From the NCBI GenBank assembly GCA_965204575.1, contig OZ241993.1:416001-480000 (forward strand): a DNA stretch of 64,000 bases. The letters are read 5' to 3'. This DNA is from an uncultured candidatus Porisulfidus sp. (GTDB lineage Bacteria; Pseudomonadota; Gammaproteobacteria; Poriferisulfidales; Poriferisulfidaceae). The position numbers were made by a program, and so were the translations under genes. The notes beneath the pieces were generated by a model. The model made no database searches. It saw only the letters and a program-made list of their open reading frames with translations, and was not told the DNA's origin. Below, piece after piece: positions 54,276 through 64,000 of the stretch; positions within the stretch are counted from its first letter, which is position 1, and the number at the start of each line of letters is the position of its first letter.

Positions 54276-54791
54276 ATGTTTGATTTTCTCGCTGCCATCG
54301 ACCGGGCGCTGAGCACGTTATGCGCCTGGACGGGCAGGGCCGTGGCCTGGTTGACGCTGGCCATGGTGCTCCTGACCGCCACCGTGGTGGTCTTGCGCTA
54401 CGGGTTCGGGTTCGGGCGGATCTACCTGCAGGAAGTCATCACGTACCTGCACGCGACCGTGTTCATGCTGGCCGCGGCCTGGACCCTGCGTCTTGACGGA
54501 CATGTGCGCGTAGACGTGCTGTACCGCTCCCTGAAGCCGCGCACTCAGGCCTGGGTGGACCTGCTCGGTTCAGTGTTCTTGCTGCTGCCGACCGCGGGCC
54601 TGTTGCTTTGGCTGTCCTACGACTATGCGGGAAAGGCTTGGGAACTGAAGGAAGCGTCACGCGAAACAGACGGCCTGCCGTTTCTGTACATCCTGAAAGC
54701 CGTCATTCCGGTCGCATCGGGACTGCTGGTCCTGCAAGGAATGGCGGACATCCTGCAACGAGCCAGGCAATTGGCGGGAGATCAGGAATGA
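54276..54791 (+). CDS. TRAP transporter small permease (DctQ family)
   Basis: VVVLRYGF and HVRVDVLY. Confidence 0.9.
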   Translation: MFDFLAAIDRALSTLCAWTGRAVAWLTLAMVLLTATVVVLRYGFGFGRIYLQEVITYLHATVFMLAAAWTLRLDGHVRVDVLYRSLKPRTQAWVDLLGSVFLLLPTAGLLLWLSYDYAGKAWELKEASRETDGLPFLYILKAVIPVASGLLVLQGMADILQRARQLAGDQE

Positions 54792-56161
54792 TCTGGGCGC
54801 TGACGCTGTTCGGGCTGGTCGTGCTGGTGCTGATGGCCGGCTATCCGGTCGCGTTCACGCTGGCCGGGATCTCCCTGCTGGTCGCGGCGGTGGCCACGGC
54901 GGCGGGAGTTTTTGATCCGGCCCTGCTGCTGACGCTGCCGTCAAGAGTGTTCGGCATCATGACCAACGACATCCTCATCGCGGCCCCCCTGTTCATCTTC
55001 ATGGGGGTGACCCTGCAGCGTTCGAAGGTCGCCGAGGACCTGCTGGATACGATGAGTCGATTGTGCGGGGCATTGCCCGGCGGGCTGGGTCTGTCGGTCA
55101 TGGTGGTGGGAGTCCTGCTGGCGGCGAGCACCGGCATCGTCGGAGCGACGGTGGTCACACTGGGCCTGCTGGCCCTGCCCAGCATGCTGCAGCGCGGCTA
55201 CGACCCGCCGATCGCCTGCGGCGCCATATGCGCGTCCGGCACCTTGGGGCAGATCATTCCACCTTCGATCGTCCTGGTCCTGCTGGGCGACGTGATGTCT
55301 TCCGCCTTCCAGAAAGCCCAATTGGACATGGGCATCTTTTCTCCACAAACGGTCTCGGTCGCGGACCTTTTCGCGGGGGCCATGCTCCCGGGACTGGCGC
55401 TGGTCGGACTGTACGTGGCCTACCTACTGTTCACCGCCTGGCGCAGCCCCGAGCGCCTGCCTTCAGGATTCCAGGATTCCAAGGCCCATGGACTTTCAGT
55501 TGGCGAAGTGCTGGGCGTGCTGGTGGCCCCGTTAGCCCTGATCGTCACGGTGCTTGGAGCCATTCTGGCAGGGTTTGCCACGCCAACGGAAGCGGCTTCC
55601 TTGGGGGCGGTCGGCAGCCTCCTGCTCGCACGCCGCGAGGGGCCCGTAACCCTGGACATGCTGCGCGGCATCACACGGGATACGGCGCGGGTTACCAGCA
55701 TGGTGTTCATGGTGCTGATTGGCGCCTCGATTTTCTCACTGGTGTTTCGCGGCCTCGGCGGCGATGACCTGGTGCACGAGTGGCTGTCCAATCTGCCCGG
55801 CGGCGTAATCGGCGCCATGGTGGCGGTCATGTTGTTGATGTTCCTGCTTGGCTTCGTACTGGATTTCATCGAGATTACTTACGTGGTGGTGCCCCTGGTC
55901 GGGCCCGTACTCTTGATGATGGGACTGGATCCGATCTGGCTCGGTGTGATGATCGCGATCAACCTGCAGACCTCTTTCCTGACTCCGCCGTTCGGTTTTG
56001 CCTTGTTTTACCTGCGCGGCGTTGCACCCGACACCGTGGTCACGGTACAGATCTACCGCGGCGTGATGCCGTTCATTGCCCTGCAGGTCCTGATGCTGGC
56101 CATCCTCGCGCTATGGCCGGAACTGGCAACTTGGTTGCCACAACAGATTTTTGGATATTGA
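54788..56161 (+). CDS. TRAP transporter large permease (DctM family)
   Basis: GYPVAFTL, GTLGQIIPPS, TPTEAA and TPPFGFALFYL; start re-called at ATG 54788. Confidence 0.93.
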   Translation: MIWALTLFGLVVLVLMAGYPVAFTLAGISLLVAAVATAAGVFDPALLLTLPSRVFGIMTNDILIAAPLFIFMGVTLQRSKVAEDLLDTMSRLCGALPGGLGLSVMVVGVLLAASTGIVGATVVTLGLLALPSMLQRGYDPPIACGAICASGTLGQIIPPSIVLVLLGDVMSSAFQKAQLDMGIFSPQTVSVADLFAGAMLPGLALVGLYVAYLLFTAWRSPERLPSGFQDSKAHGLSVGEVLGVLVAPLALIVTVLGAILAGFATPTEAASLGAVGSLLLARREGPVTLDMLRGITRDTARVTSMVFMVLIGASIFSLVFRGLGGDDLVHEWLSNLPGGVIGAMVAVMLLMFLLGFVLDFIEITYVVVPLVGPVLLMMGLDPIWLGVMIAINLQTSFLTPPFGFALFYLRGVAPDTVVTVQIYRGVMPFIALQVLMLAILALWPELATWLPQQIFGY

Positions 56162-56185
56162 GGGAACGCGTCCCGGAATTAGTAA

Positions 56186-56779
56186 TTAGTACGGTGTTTC
56201 CAGGATCATCTGCATGGTCTGCAGGCCGGTCACCACCAGTACGGCATAGATCGCGCCCGTGCTCATGATGATGATGCGCTTCTGCCGAAGCATCTCCTCA
56301 TTCATCATCGGGCCGATCAGCATCCAGGTTGCGGCAGCCAGATTGGCACCGAAGAAGCCGTAATAAGTCGCGAGTTCGCCGAATGCCGCCTGTTCACTGG
56401 CGACGATGAAGGAGCCCCAGACAGCCACAGCCGCTCCAATATAAGTCCCGACCCGGATGATCGTGGCAGAAATCATTCCGGTCGGCTGCAGCAACACCAG
56501 CAGGCCGAAAACCGAGAGTATCCACCACCAGATCAGGTTGGTCGCGTGCGGGGCGTACTCGGGGTTCTTGAACATCGAAATGGCAATCATGACGTACGTC
56601 AGTCCGCTGATTGACATAGCCAAACGGAGAATCCACAGATCCGTCTCGCGCATGCGGACGAAAGAACTGGCTATCCAGAGCGCGGCCACAAAATTGAACA
56701 GGCACGACACATAGTAAAGAACAGAATGTACAAGGGATGGGGTCGCCAGAAATTCGTTCATTGCCGGGATTCCGTTCAA
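56186..56779 (-). CDS. Hypothetical polytopic membrane protein
   Basis: About six hydrophobic segments; no recognised motif. Confidence 0.65.
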   Translation of the reverse strand: MNGIPAMNEFLATPSLVHSVLYYVSCLFNFVAALWIASSFVRMRETDLWILRLAMSISGLTYVMIAISMFKNPEYAPHATNLIWWWILSVFGLLVLLQPTGMISATIIRVGTYIGAAVAVWGSFIVASEQAAFGELATYYGFFGANLAAATWMLIGPMMNEEMLRQKRIIIMSTGAIYAVLVVTGLQTMQMILETPY

Positions 56780-56803
56780 GCCTCGAAGCGGCCTTATTCT
56801 ACA

Positions 56804-57871
56804 CTACCGCGTGTCCAGATACGCTTGCTCGGAAATGGCAGTCCAGTCCCGAACCCGCGCGTAAAACGCTTGGTAACTGTCGTAAACCCGCCGGGTGAAT
56901 TCGTCGGTTTCAGCCACTTCCGCAATTACCGCCTCGGCATGTTCCCGCAATGCGCTCAGCACTTCCGGGGGGAATTGGCGGAGCTCGACTTCGTATTTCT
57001 CGACCAGCGCTTTCAGCGCATCGTTGTTATGCGCGGTGAAATCGGCCATCATGTCTTGGTTGGTGGCCCGGGCGGCATTCTGCACGATGACTTGAAGATC
57101 TTTCGGCAGCGCCTCGAACGCCGGGCGGTGAACCAATCCTTCCAGCGTGGTCCCGGGTTCGTGCCAGCCGGGATAGTAGTAGTACTTCGCCGCGCGGTGC
57201 AATCCGAATGCCAAGTCGTTCCACGGGCCGACCCATTCGGTTGCGTCAATCGCCCCGGTCTGTAGCGACACCAGAAGCTCTTTGCCGCTGAGATTCACCG
57301 GCGTGCCGCCGACCCGGCGCAACACTTCGCCACCCAAGCCCGGGATGCGCATGCGCAGGCCCTGCAGGTCTTCGAGCCCTCGGATCTCACGCTTGAACCA
57401 CCCGCCCATCTGGACCATGGTGTTTCCTGCCGCCAGCGGGACCACGTCGAACGGAGCATAGGCTTCCTCCCATAGTTCCATGCCCCCTCCCTTGTACAAC
57501 CAGCCGTTCATCTCATTGGCCGTCATGCCGAACGGCATGGTGGAGAAGAACTGGAACGCCGGGTTCTTGCCTTTCCAGTAGTAGGCCGCGCCGTGGCCCA
57601 TCTGCGCCGCACCCTGGCTTACCGCATCGAACACTTCGAACGCCGGCACCAGTTCGCCGGCTCCGTACACCTGCACCTGCAGGCGTCCGCCGGACATCTC
57701 GCCAATCGCCTGCGCCAGGAATTCCGCACCGGTGCCCAGGCCGGGAAAGTTCTTCGGCCAAGTGGTGACCATTTTCCAGTGCAGGGGCTCATCAGCGTTC
57801 GCCCGGCCCGCCAAGCCAAGCCCGGCAACTGCAGTGACCGCGCCCGCGCCTAGGAACTCCCGTCGTTGCAT
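56804..57871 (-). CDS. TRAP transporter substrate-binding protein (DctP/TakP family), Tat-exported
   Basis: QRREFL twin-arginine signal; WKMVTTWP, GLRMRIPGLGG and YYYPGWHEP. Confidence 0.93.
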   Translation of the reverse strand: MQRREFLGAGAVTAVAGLGLAGRANADEPLHWKMVTTWPKNFPGLGTGAEFLAQAIGEMSGGRLQVQVYGAGELVPAFEVFDAVSQGAAQMGHGAAYYWKGKNPAFQFFSTMPFGMTANEMNGWLYKGGGMELWEEAYAPFDVVPLAAGNTMVQMGGWFKREIRGLEDLQGLRMRIPGLGGEVLRRVGGTPVNLSGKELLVSLQTGAIDATEWVGPWNDLAFGLHRAAKYYYYPGWHEPGTTLEGLVHRPAFEALPKDLQVIVQNAARATNQDMMADFTAHNNDALKALVEKYEVELRQFPPEVLSALREHAEAVIAEVAETDEFTRRVYDSYQAFYARVRDWTAISEQAYLDTR

Positions 57872-57900
57872 CTAGTCCTCCTTGGGTGCGAAATCGCTGT

Positions 57901-60087
57901 TTATCGGCACTCGAGTTTTGCGTAGTCGTACATGAGCCATTTGACGCCGGCGTCCTCGAAGCGTACCTGAACCCGCAAATGCGGCGGCCGACCTTCGTAT
58001 TCTACGATGATGCCGGGACCGAACTTCGGGTGCGCCACCGGCGTGCCTGGACCGGGGACGTCCAGATTGGGCGGAGGCGCCGGACGGGCGGCACCGGCCC
58101 CGGACCTCGCCGAAAGCGCAGACGCAGGTGGGGCGAAGTCCCGCGGCACTTCGGTCACCGTATGTTCGTCGGGCAGTTCCTGAAGAAAGCGCGACGGAAT
58201 CAGGCCCGAGGAAGTCCGCCCGAAAATCAGCCGTTCGTAGGCATGCGTCAAGACCAACCGCTGCCGGGCGCGGGTCATGCCCACATAGCAAAGCCGGCGT
58301 TCTTCTTCCAGCGGGGAGTCCTCTCGCGTCATCGGCAGGATGCCATCTTCCAGTCCAACGATGAACACCAGTGGAAACTCCAGCCCCTTGGCCATGTGCA
58401 GGGTCATCAACTGAACCGCATTCCCGGGCACGCCTTCACCCCGCTCGCCCGCTTCCAGCGCCGTGCTGTCCAAGAACGCTTCCGCCAAGCCAGGGCTGCC
58501 ATCTTCGTCAGGCTCCTCCCAGTTGTCCACGAATGCCGCGGCGGAATTCACCAGTTCCCCCAGATTCTCGCTGCGCGTCTCCTCCAACTCCCGGTCGGTC
58601 TCCTGGTACATCTCCAATAACCCGGATTGGTCCAGGATGCGCCGGATGGTTTCCGCCAATCCACGCCCTTCGGTCTCCTCACGCAGGGCCTCCAGGCATT
58701 GCTCGAATTCCTCCAGTGCCCGGCCCGCCTGCGAAGTGGATCGGCTTCTAGCCTGTTCCTGCGCCGCTGAAAACAGCGATTCTCCGGCGGCAGTCGCAAC
58801 TGTTCGAACGGCTTCGATTGTCTTCGCACCTATCTTCCGGGGAGGAACATTGCACACCCGCTGCCAGGCGACATCATCATCCGGATTCAGGCACAGCCGC
58901 AGATAGGCCAAGGTGTCTTTCACCTCGCGCCGCTCGAAGAACCGGATGCCCCCGTACACCCGGTAGGGGATTTGCCGGTTGTTCAGGTTCGTCTCGAAAG
59001 GTTGCGACTGCCGGTTCGTGCGGTAGAGCACGGCACACCCGTCCCACCGTCCTCCGTCTTCCACCCACTGTTCGATCTTTCCGATGACGTAGTTGGCTTC
59101 CGCCCCTCCGGTCGGTGCGCTGAACACGGTGATCGGATCTTGTTCGGCCCGGTCGGTCCACAACCGCTTCTTCAGCCGGTCGTAGTTGTTCCCGATCAGG
59201 GCATTGGCCGCCTCAAGCACCGGGCTGGTGGAGCGGTAGTTCTGCTCCAACGGCCAGACCTGGACATTCTCGTGGTTTTGCTGAAAGTCGAGGATATGTT
59301 TCGGGCGCGCCCCCCGCCAGCCATAGATCGATTGGTCGTCGTCGCCAACTACGAACAACGGGCGTTCGCCGCCCGCCAGCAGCTCCAGCCAGGCATTCTG
59401 CAAATCGTCCACATCCTGGAATTCATCCACCAGCAGATGCCGGAACCGCAACTGGTAGTGCTTCTGGACGGCTGGATGATCGCGCAGCAGTTCGACGCAG
59501 CGCAACAGCAGTTCATCGAAATCTACCAAGCCGCTCTGTTCGCAGCGCCGCTCGTATCGCTCCATGACCGGGAGACGGGCTTGTTCCCGACCGCTTTCGG
59601 GCTCGATATGGCGGGCGCGCAGGCCCTCTCCCTTCTTCAGGCTGATCCACCGAATGGCGTCGGCGACATCGCGCGCCTTGCGCGGCTGGTCAAGGTCTCG
59701 AAGAATCTGACGAATCAGGGTTTTCTGGTCCTCTCGATCCAGAATCTGGAAGTTCCCGGGCAACCCGGCCTCGTCGTGAAAGCGCAACAGCATCCTGCGG
59801 GCCAGCGCGTGGAACGTCCCGACCCACAGACCGCCCGCGGGCTGCCCCCGCAACCGTTCGATGCGCTCCCGCATCTCGGTCGCCGCCTTGTTGGTGAACG
59901 TAACCGTCAGGATTTCTTTCGGCTGGATATCCTGCGTCTTCACCAGCCAGGCAAAACGGTGGGTCAGCACCCGGGTCTTTCCGGAGCCGGCGCCCGCCAG
60001 CACCAAAGTGCAGGAATCCGGATCCGATGTGACCGCGTTGCGCTGCGCTTCGTTCAGGACATCCAGTATCGGGTCCGCCGGGGTCAT
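57901..60087 (-). CDS. uvrD: DNA helicase II (UvrD/Rep family)
   Basis: AGAGSGKT, TFTNKAA, VDEFQD, QNYRS, AKGLEF and EERRLCYVGMTRA; C-terminal Tudor-like HPKFG; start re-called at ATG 60087. Confidence 0.93.
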   Translation of the reverse strand: MTPADPILDVLNEAQRNAVTSDPDSCTLVLAGAGSGKTRVLTHRFAWLVKTQDIQPKEILTVTFTNKAATEMRERIERLRGQPAGGLWVGTFHALARRMLLRFHDEAGLPGNFQILDREDQKTLIRQILRDLDQPRKARDVADAIRWISLKKGEGLRARHIEPESGREQARLPVMERYERRCEQSGLVDFDELLLRCVELLRDHPAVQKHYQLRFRHLLVDEFQDVDDLQNAWLELLAGGERPLFVVGDDDQSIYGWRGARPKHILDFQQNHENVQVWPLEQNYRSTSPVLEAANALIGNNYDRLKKRLWTDRAEQDPITVFSAPTGGAEANYVIGKIEQWVEDGGRWDGCAVLYRTNRQSQPFETNLNNRQIPYRVYGGIRFFERREVKDTLAYLRLCLNPDDDVAWQRVCNVPPRKIGAKTIEAVRTVATAAGESLFSAAQEQARSRSTSQAGRALEEFEQCLEALREETEGRGLAETIRRILDQSGLLEMYQETDRELEETRSENLGELVNSAAAFVDNWEEPDEDGSPGLAEAFLDSTALEAGERGEGVPGNAVQLMTLHMAKGLEFPLVFIVGLEDGILPMTREDSPLEEERRLCYVGMTRARQRLVLTHAYERLIFGRTSSGLIPSRFLQELPDEHTVTEVPRDFAPPASALSARSGAGAARPAPPPNLDVPGPGTPVAHPKFGPGIIVEYEGRPPHLRVQVRFEDAGVKWLMYDYAKLECR

Positions 60088-61628
60088 CCGCCCCCCCAGT
60101 GCAGGAATGCCAGCCAGCCGCCCATCGCCAACGCCGCGATTGCGGCAACTGCCAGCCAGAGGCGGGTGTGTTTGAGCTTGCGCCGGGAAGTCTCGAGTTT
60201 CGTCTGAAGCATCGGCGAGGGATCCGGCGGCGGAGCGGCCGGAGGATCTCCAAGGAAATGCTCGACCATCTGCGGGATGCGGTGGCGCACAAGCCGGGCC
60301 AGTGCAAGCAACCCGGTCTGCTCGCTCACCCAGCGATCCATGAAAGGCTTGGCAGTCGTCCACAGGTCGAGATCCGGATACAGTTCGCGGCCAACGCCTT
60401 CGATGTTGACCAGGGTCTTCTGCAACAGCAGCAGTTGCGGCTGCACTTCCATCTGGAAGCGGCTCGCGGTCTGGAACAGCCGCAGCAGCAGGTTCGCAAA
60501 CGAAATCTCGGAAAACGGCCGCTGGAAGATCGGCTCGCATACCGTGCGGATGGCCGCTTCGAAGTCCGCGACCCGGGTCTCGGGCGGCACCCAACCGGAT
60601 TCCACGTGCAGTTCCGCCACCCGTCGGTAGTCGTTGTTGAAGAAAGCCGCGAGGTTGAACGCCAGGTAGCGCTGGTCTGAAGCCGACAGCGATCCCATGA
60701 TGCCGAAGTCCACCGCGCTGTACTTCGGCGATTCCGGGGTCTCCCGGGAAATGAAGATGTTGCCGGGGTGCATGTCGGCGTGGAAGAAATTGTGGTCGAA
60801 CACCTGGGTGAAGAAAATCTCCACGCCCCGTTCGGCCAGGCATTTCAGGTCGACTCCATGACGCACCAGTTCCTCGCGGTCCGAGATCTGGATCCCGTAG
60901 ATGCGTTCCATGGTCATGACGTCCCGGGCGGTGTAGTCCCAGAACACTTCCGGCACGTACAGCAGCTCGCTGCTCTCGAAGTTGCGGCGCAGTTGGCTGG
61001 CGTTGGCGGCCTCCCGCGTCAGATCCAGTTCGTCAAAAATAACGCTCTCGTATTCGGTCACCAGATCCACCGGATGCAGGCGCCGGGATCCCTCCCAGGC
61101 TCGCTCGAGGAACCAGGCCAATCGGTACATCATCCGAATGTCGCGGCGAATCGTCTTCTCGATCCCGGGGCGCAGCACCTTGACGATGACGTCGGTATCA
61201 CCCAGGCGCGCCGCGTGCACCTGGGCCACCGAGGCGGAGGCGAGCGGCGTGGTGTCGAACTGGCTGAACATCTCCCGTACCGACCGCCCCAATGACCGCT
61301 CGACAACCTTGCGCGCCGCCTCCCCGTCGAATGGCGGCACCCGGTCCTGGAGCAGGGCCAGTTCGTCGGCCAGGTCAGTGGGAAGCAGGTCGCGCCGGGT
61401 CGACAGCATCTGCCCGAACTTGACGAAAATGGGACCCAGGTCCTCCAGTGTGTGCCGAATGCGCTCCGCCCGCGGCCTGCGCGACCAGCGGAACCAGTTC
61501 CAGGGCAGCAGGTAAAGCAGCCCGCGTCCCAGCCGGAACCGGGACAGGGCGATTTCGTCGAGGCCGTGGCGCAGCAGCACCCACGGGATATAGAGCGGTC
61601 GCGCGAGAATGCGCCCTTGCCCGTTCAT
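60084..61628 (-). CDS. ubiB: Ubiquinone biosynthesis kinase-like protein
   Basis: LGPIFVKFGQ, ASASVAQVH, FFHADMHPGN and DFG. Confidence 0.96.
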   Translation of the reverse strand: MNGQGRILARPLYIPWVLLRHGLDEIALSRFRLGRGLLYLLPWNWFRWSRRPRAERIRHTLEDLGPIFVKFGQMLSTRRDLLPTDLADELALLQDRVPPFDGEAARKVVERSLGRSVREMFSQFDTTPLASASVAQVHAARLGDTDVIVKVLRPGIEKTIRRDIRMMYRLAWFLERAWEGSRRLHPVDLVTEYESVIFDELDLTREAANASQLRRNFESSELLYVPEVFWDYTARDVMTMERIYGIQISDREELVRHGVDLKCLAERGVEIFFTQVFDHNFFHADMHPGNIFISRETPESPKYSAVDFGIMGSLSASDQRYLAFNLAAFFNNDYRRVAELHVESGWVPPETRVADFEAAIRTVCEPIFQRPFSEISFANLLLRLFQTASRFQMEVQPQLLLLQKTLVNIEGVGRELYPDLDLWTTAKPFMDRWVSEQTGLLALARLVRHRIPQMVEHFLGDPPAAPPPDPSPMLQTKLETSRRKLKHTRLWLAVAAIAALAMGGWLAFLHWGGG

Positions 61629-62191
61629 GGCTGGATGCGGTCAATCCGCATTTCAAACCGCTCCAGGTCGTCGCGCAACCGGTCCACCTCGTGTACGAAG
61701 CGGTCGAGTTCGGAGGAACTCGGCAACAAACCCGACTCCTCGTGCAGGTAGTCCCGGGCATTGCTTTCGGCCGCCCCGCCGAAGTTCCGGGCCACCTGCC
61801 GGCATTCTTCAAGGGTCCGCATCACCAGCCGGGCCGGCACGTCGCCGACGGCGCGCGACAGCAGTTCCTCCCAGTCGATGTCCAGGGCGGCCAGAAAGTC
61901 GCGCAAATCCTGCGCGATCTCGCCCTCGCCCTCCAGGTGGATTCCGTCGGCCCGGTCGCTGAGCACATACCGGACGAAGGCCGCCAGATGCCCACGGACC
62001 ACAAGATCTGCTTCTTCTCCCGGAGACCCCAGGGTCAATTTCCCTTCGTCTATATGCAATCCGATAGGAGGCAGCGGCAGGAGTTCCAGCCGAATCGTGC
62101 GCCGACCCATCGCCTGCAGGCGCTTCTGCGACTCTTCGTCGGTACGCAGGGCTTGGTCGATGAGGGCGGAAAGTGAGGCAGACATAGGCAT
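61625..62191 (-). CDS. ubiJ: Ubiquinone biosynthesis accessory factor (SCP2 domain)
   Basis: IDWEELLSRAVGD, DYLHEE and VDRLRDDLER; upstream of ubiB. Confidence 0.88.
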   Translation of the reverse strand: MPMSASLSALIDQALRTDEESQKRLQAMGRRTIRLELLPLPPIGLHIDEGKLTLGSPGEEADLVVRGHLAAFVRYVLSDRADGIHLEGEGEIAQDLRDFLAALDIDWEELLSRAVGDVPARLVMRTLEECRQVARNFGGAAESNARDYLHEESGLLPSSSELDRFVHEVDRLRDDLERFEMRIDRIQP

Positions 62192-62268
62192 ACAGCCGCT
62201 CTCGGAGCGGCGGGCTTTGTTTCAGATTATAGATTGAGGACAGGCCGACCCGTATAATTGTCAAAACA

Positions 62269-63048
62269 ATGTCCACGTACACGCGGCTGCTTTTTCTGGG
62301 GCTGCTGGCATCGCTCGGCGGTGCTGGCCAAGCGGCGGATTCGCCGTTCTCCTTGGGCTCGGACTCCGGGCCGCAGATCGCCGTACGACTGATTTCCGAC
62401 AAGGCCCCGGAGGAACCATCATCGGACGGCAGTATCGAGGAAGAGGGCGCGGAATCTCCAGAACAGGCGGAAGAAGGTGCGCCTTCCGCACAAACTCCCG
62501 GCGTCCCGGCCTCACAGGAGAACCGCGTCGAAGATCAAGGCCTTCCAGAGAGTCCGGAAGAGGGCCAGCCGGCCGCAGGGCAGGAGACAGCCGGTGAAAC
62601 CGAAGAACTCGGGATCGAAGACGGACTCGAAAGGGAGCCGGAACTTGCGGAACAGGCAAGTATCGAAGAAGGGCAAGAGAGGGAGCTTTCCCGAATCGAG
62701 GCCGTACTGAACCGCGTTGACCAGATCCTGCTGGACGCGGGAATCCGGGCCCGCAAAGAGCGGGAAGGAAGGGTCGACGGCGACGGGACAACAGATAAAG
62801 ACTTGCCGGATTGGGAGACACAGGGCGAAGGCGAGGGGGAAGCTGCAGAGGAAGAGGCCGAACGCGGCGGAGTCGCCGAGGGCCAAGTTCCCGGCGATGT
62901 CCCGACCGGCAAGACGCGTCCGACTCACGGCTACGAGAAAGACGACGACATCGTGACCCGGCAGGTCTGTGAACTGGCGGAACGGGAAGAAGACCCCGAG
63001 GTCCGCAAACAACTGGAGCAAAAATGCAAAAGTCTGAGAGACAGTTAG
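62269..63048 (+). CDS. Hypothetical acidic exported protein
   Basis: Signal peptide; Glu-rich low-complexity body; C-terminal DDDIVTRQVCELAEREEDP. Confidence 0.65.
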   Translation: MSTYTRLLFLGLLASLGGAGQAADSPFSLGSDSGPQIAVRLISDKAPEEPSSDGSIEEEGAESPEQAEEGAPSAQTPGVPASQENRVEDQGLPESPEEGQPAAGQETAGETEELGIEDGLEREPELAEQASIEEGQERELSRIEAVLNRVDQILLDAGIRARKEREGRVDGDGTTDKDLPDWETQGEGEGEAAEEEAERGGVAEGQVPGDVPTGKTRPTHGYEKDDDIVTRQVCELAEREEDPEVRKQLEQKCKSLRDS

Positions 63049-64000
63049 CCCTGCTTACTTTGCTGCTGGCCTTCGCCGGCGGATGCCAGACCGGCATGTC
63101 CGGCATTTACGGAGGCCTGTTCGAAGAATCGTCGGAAGAGCCGGCTGTCGAGCCGGTGCCGGAAGAATGGTATCTGGATGCCGGCATTGTCCAGTTCAAG
63201 GGGGAAGTCGACAAGAAAGAAGTAGCCGAGGGGGATGTGTTCCCCCAGGTGCGGAAAGCCGAAACCCTGTATTTCCCCCAACAGCTGCATCAGGCGATGC
63301 TGCGCGGGGGCGGCTGGCGGCATGTATGGGTGGTGCCGGAACGCGCGGTTCCGGACCTGCGCATCGAGGGCACGATCCTGAAATCGAACGGCTCCGAACT
63401 GGATCTGAAAATCCTCGCCACCGACTCGACCGGCGAACAGTGGCTCAATCGCGTCTACCGACATGAATTCAATGAGGCCGATTATGCCGGCGAAGACCGG
63501 GCCCGACCGTTGGAAGCCCTGTTCGACCGGATCGCGAAGGACCTCCTGGTCGAACGCGACCGCAGGGGAGTGGCAGCCATGAAGGAAATCCGCGCCGTGG
63601 CGGAATTGCGGTTCGCGGAGGAATTCGCACCGCAGGCGTTCGAACGCTACGTCAAGGAACAAAAGGGCCGCACGCGCCTGATTTCCCTGCCGGCCGAAGA
63701 AGACACGTTGTACCAACTGGTACTGCAAATCAAGGAACGCGACGACCTCTTCGTCGAGACCCTGCAGCAATACTCGGAAAGTTTTGCGGAAAAGATCGAT
63801 GCCTCGTACCGCGACTGGGCACGACAGAGTTTCTACGAACGCCGTGCACATGACGAGGGAGTCACCGCCAGCGTGGCCCAAGGCCTTTTGAGCGCGCTGG
63901 CCGTCATCGGAGGAATCGTGGTGATGGCCGACTCCGGATCCTCCCAGCAGGCCCGACAGGCCAGCCAGATCGTGGTCGGGGCCGGAGCCGTTGGCCTCTA
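63024..64000 (+). CDS. Hypothetical lipoprotein (partial, runs off the window)
   Basis: Hand translation MQKSERQLALLTLLLAFAGGC (lipobox), continuing FPQVRKAETLYFP...; missing from the ORF track because there is no stop in the window. Confidence 0.75.
   Translation, partial: MQKSERQLALLTLLLAFAGGCQTGMSGIYGGLFEESSEEPAVEPVPEEWYLDAGIVQFKGEVDKKEVAEGDVFPQVRKAETLYFPQQLHQAMLRGGGWRHVWVVPERAVPDLRIEGTILKSNGSELDLKILATDSTGEQWLNRVYRHEFNEADYAGEDRARPLEALFDRIAKDLLVERDRRGVAAMKEIRAVAELRFAEEFAPQAFERYVKEQKGRTRLISLPAEEDTLYQLVLQIKERDDLFVETLQQYSESFAEKIDASYRDWARQSFYERRAHDEGVTASVAQGLLSALAVIGGIVVMADSGSSQQARQASQIVVGAGAVGL

Noticed and set aside
56153-56175. GGATATTGAGGGAACGC after the dctM stop, resembling the left junction of cassette 2
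   Set aside because: No matching right end or duplicated 8-mer found beyond the 56186-56779 gene.
57901-60843. N-terminally extended ORF calls in the track for uvrD (980 aa), and likewise polA, dctM, parA and the ABC binding protein
   Set aside because: The extensions overlap neighbouring genes and precede the conserved N-termini; starts were re-called.

Overview
High-GC gammaproteobacterial chromosome segment, mostly housekeeping genes from a rearranged origin-proximal region. It contains lspA-ileS-ribF-murJ, the complete atpIBEFHAGDC operon, glmU, glmS, dksA, ctpA, grxC-secB-gpsA, pyrD, mnmG-rsmG-parA-parB, rpmH-rnpA-yidD-yidC-mnmE, engB, cytochrome c4-dsbA, polA, a TRAP transporter, uvrD and ubiJ-ubiB. 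I saw no rRNA, tRNA or CRISPR array. The main finding is a family of three transposase-less cassettes, each bounded by terminal inverted repeats (ends GGGA(A/C)T...) and an 8-bp target-site duplication, each inserted at the stop codon of a host gene. Two carry a TnpB RNA-guided nuclease (19784-21062 inside the atp operon, frameshifted; 27457-28770, intact) and one carries a thermonuclease (1419-2340). TIRs and TSDs are DDE-transposon (IS1595-like) hallmarks, not those of the IS200/IS605/IS607 elements that normally carry tnpB. In both TnpB cassettes, the sequence right after the omegaRNA-like TCAA end is an element-specific third copy of the TIR. Other accessory features are a prophage remnant with two paralogous ~60-aa proteins, a RelE/HigA-type toxin-antitoxin pair between glmU and glmS, candidate tandem sigmaE-type small RNAs downstream of polA, and two internally deleted genes (cysC-like and Fic-like). 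All calls come from reading the sequence by eye; no database searches were run.
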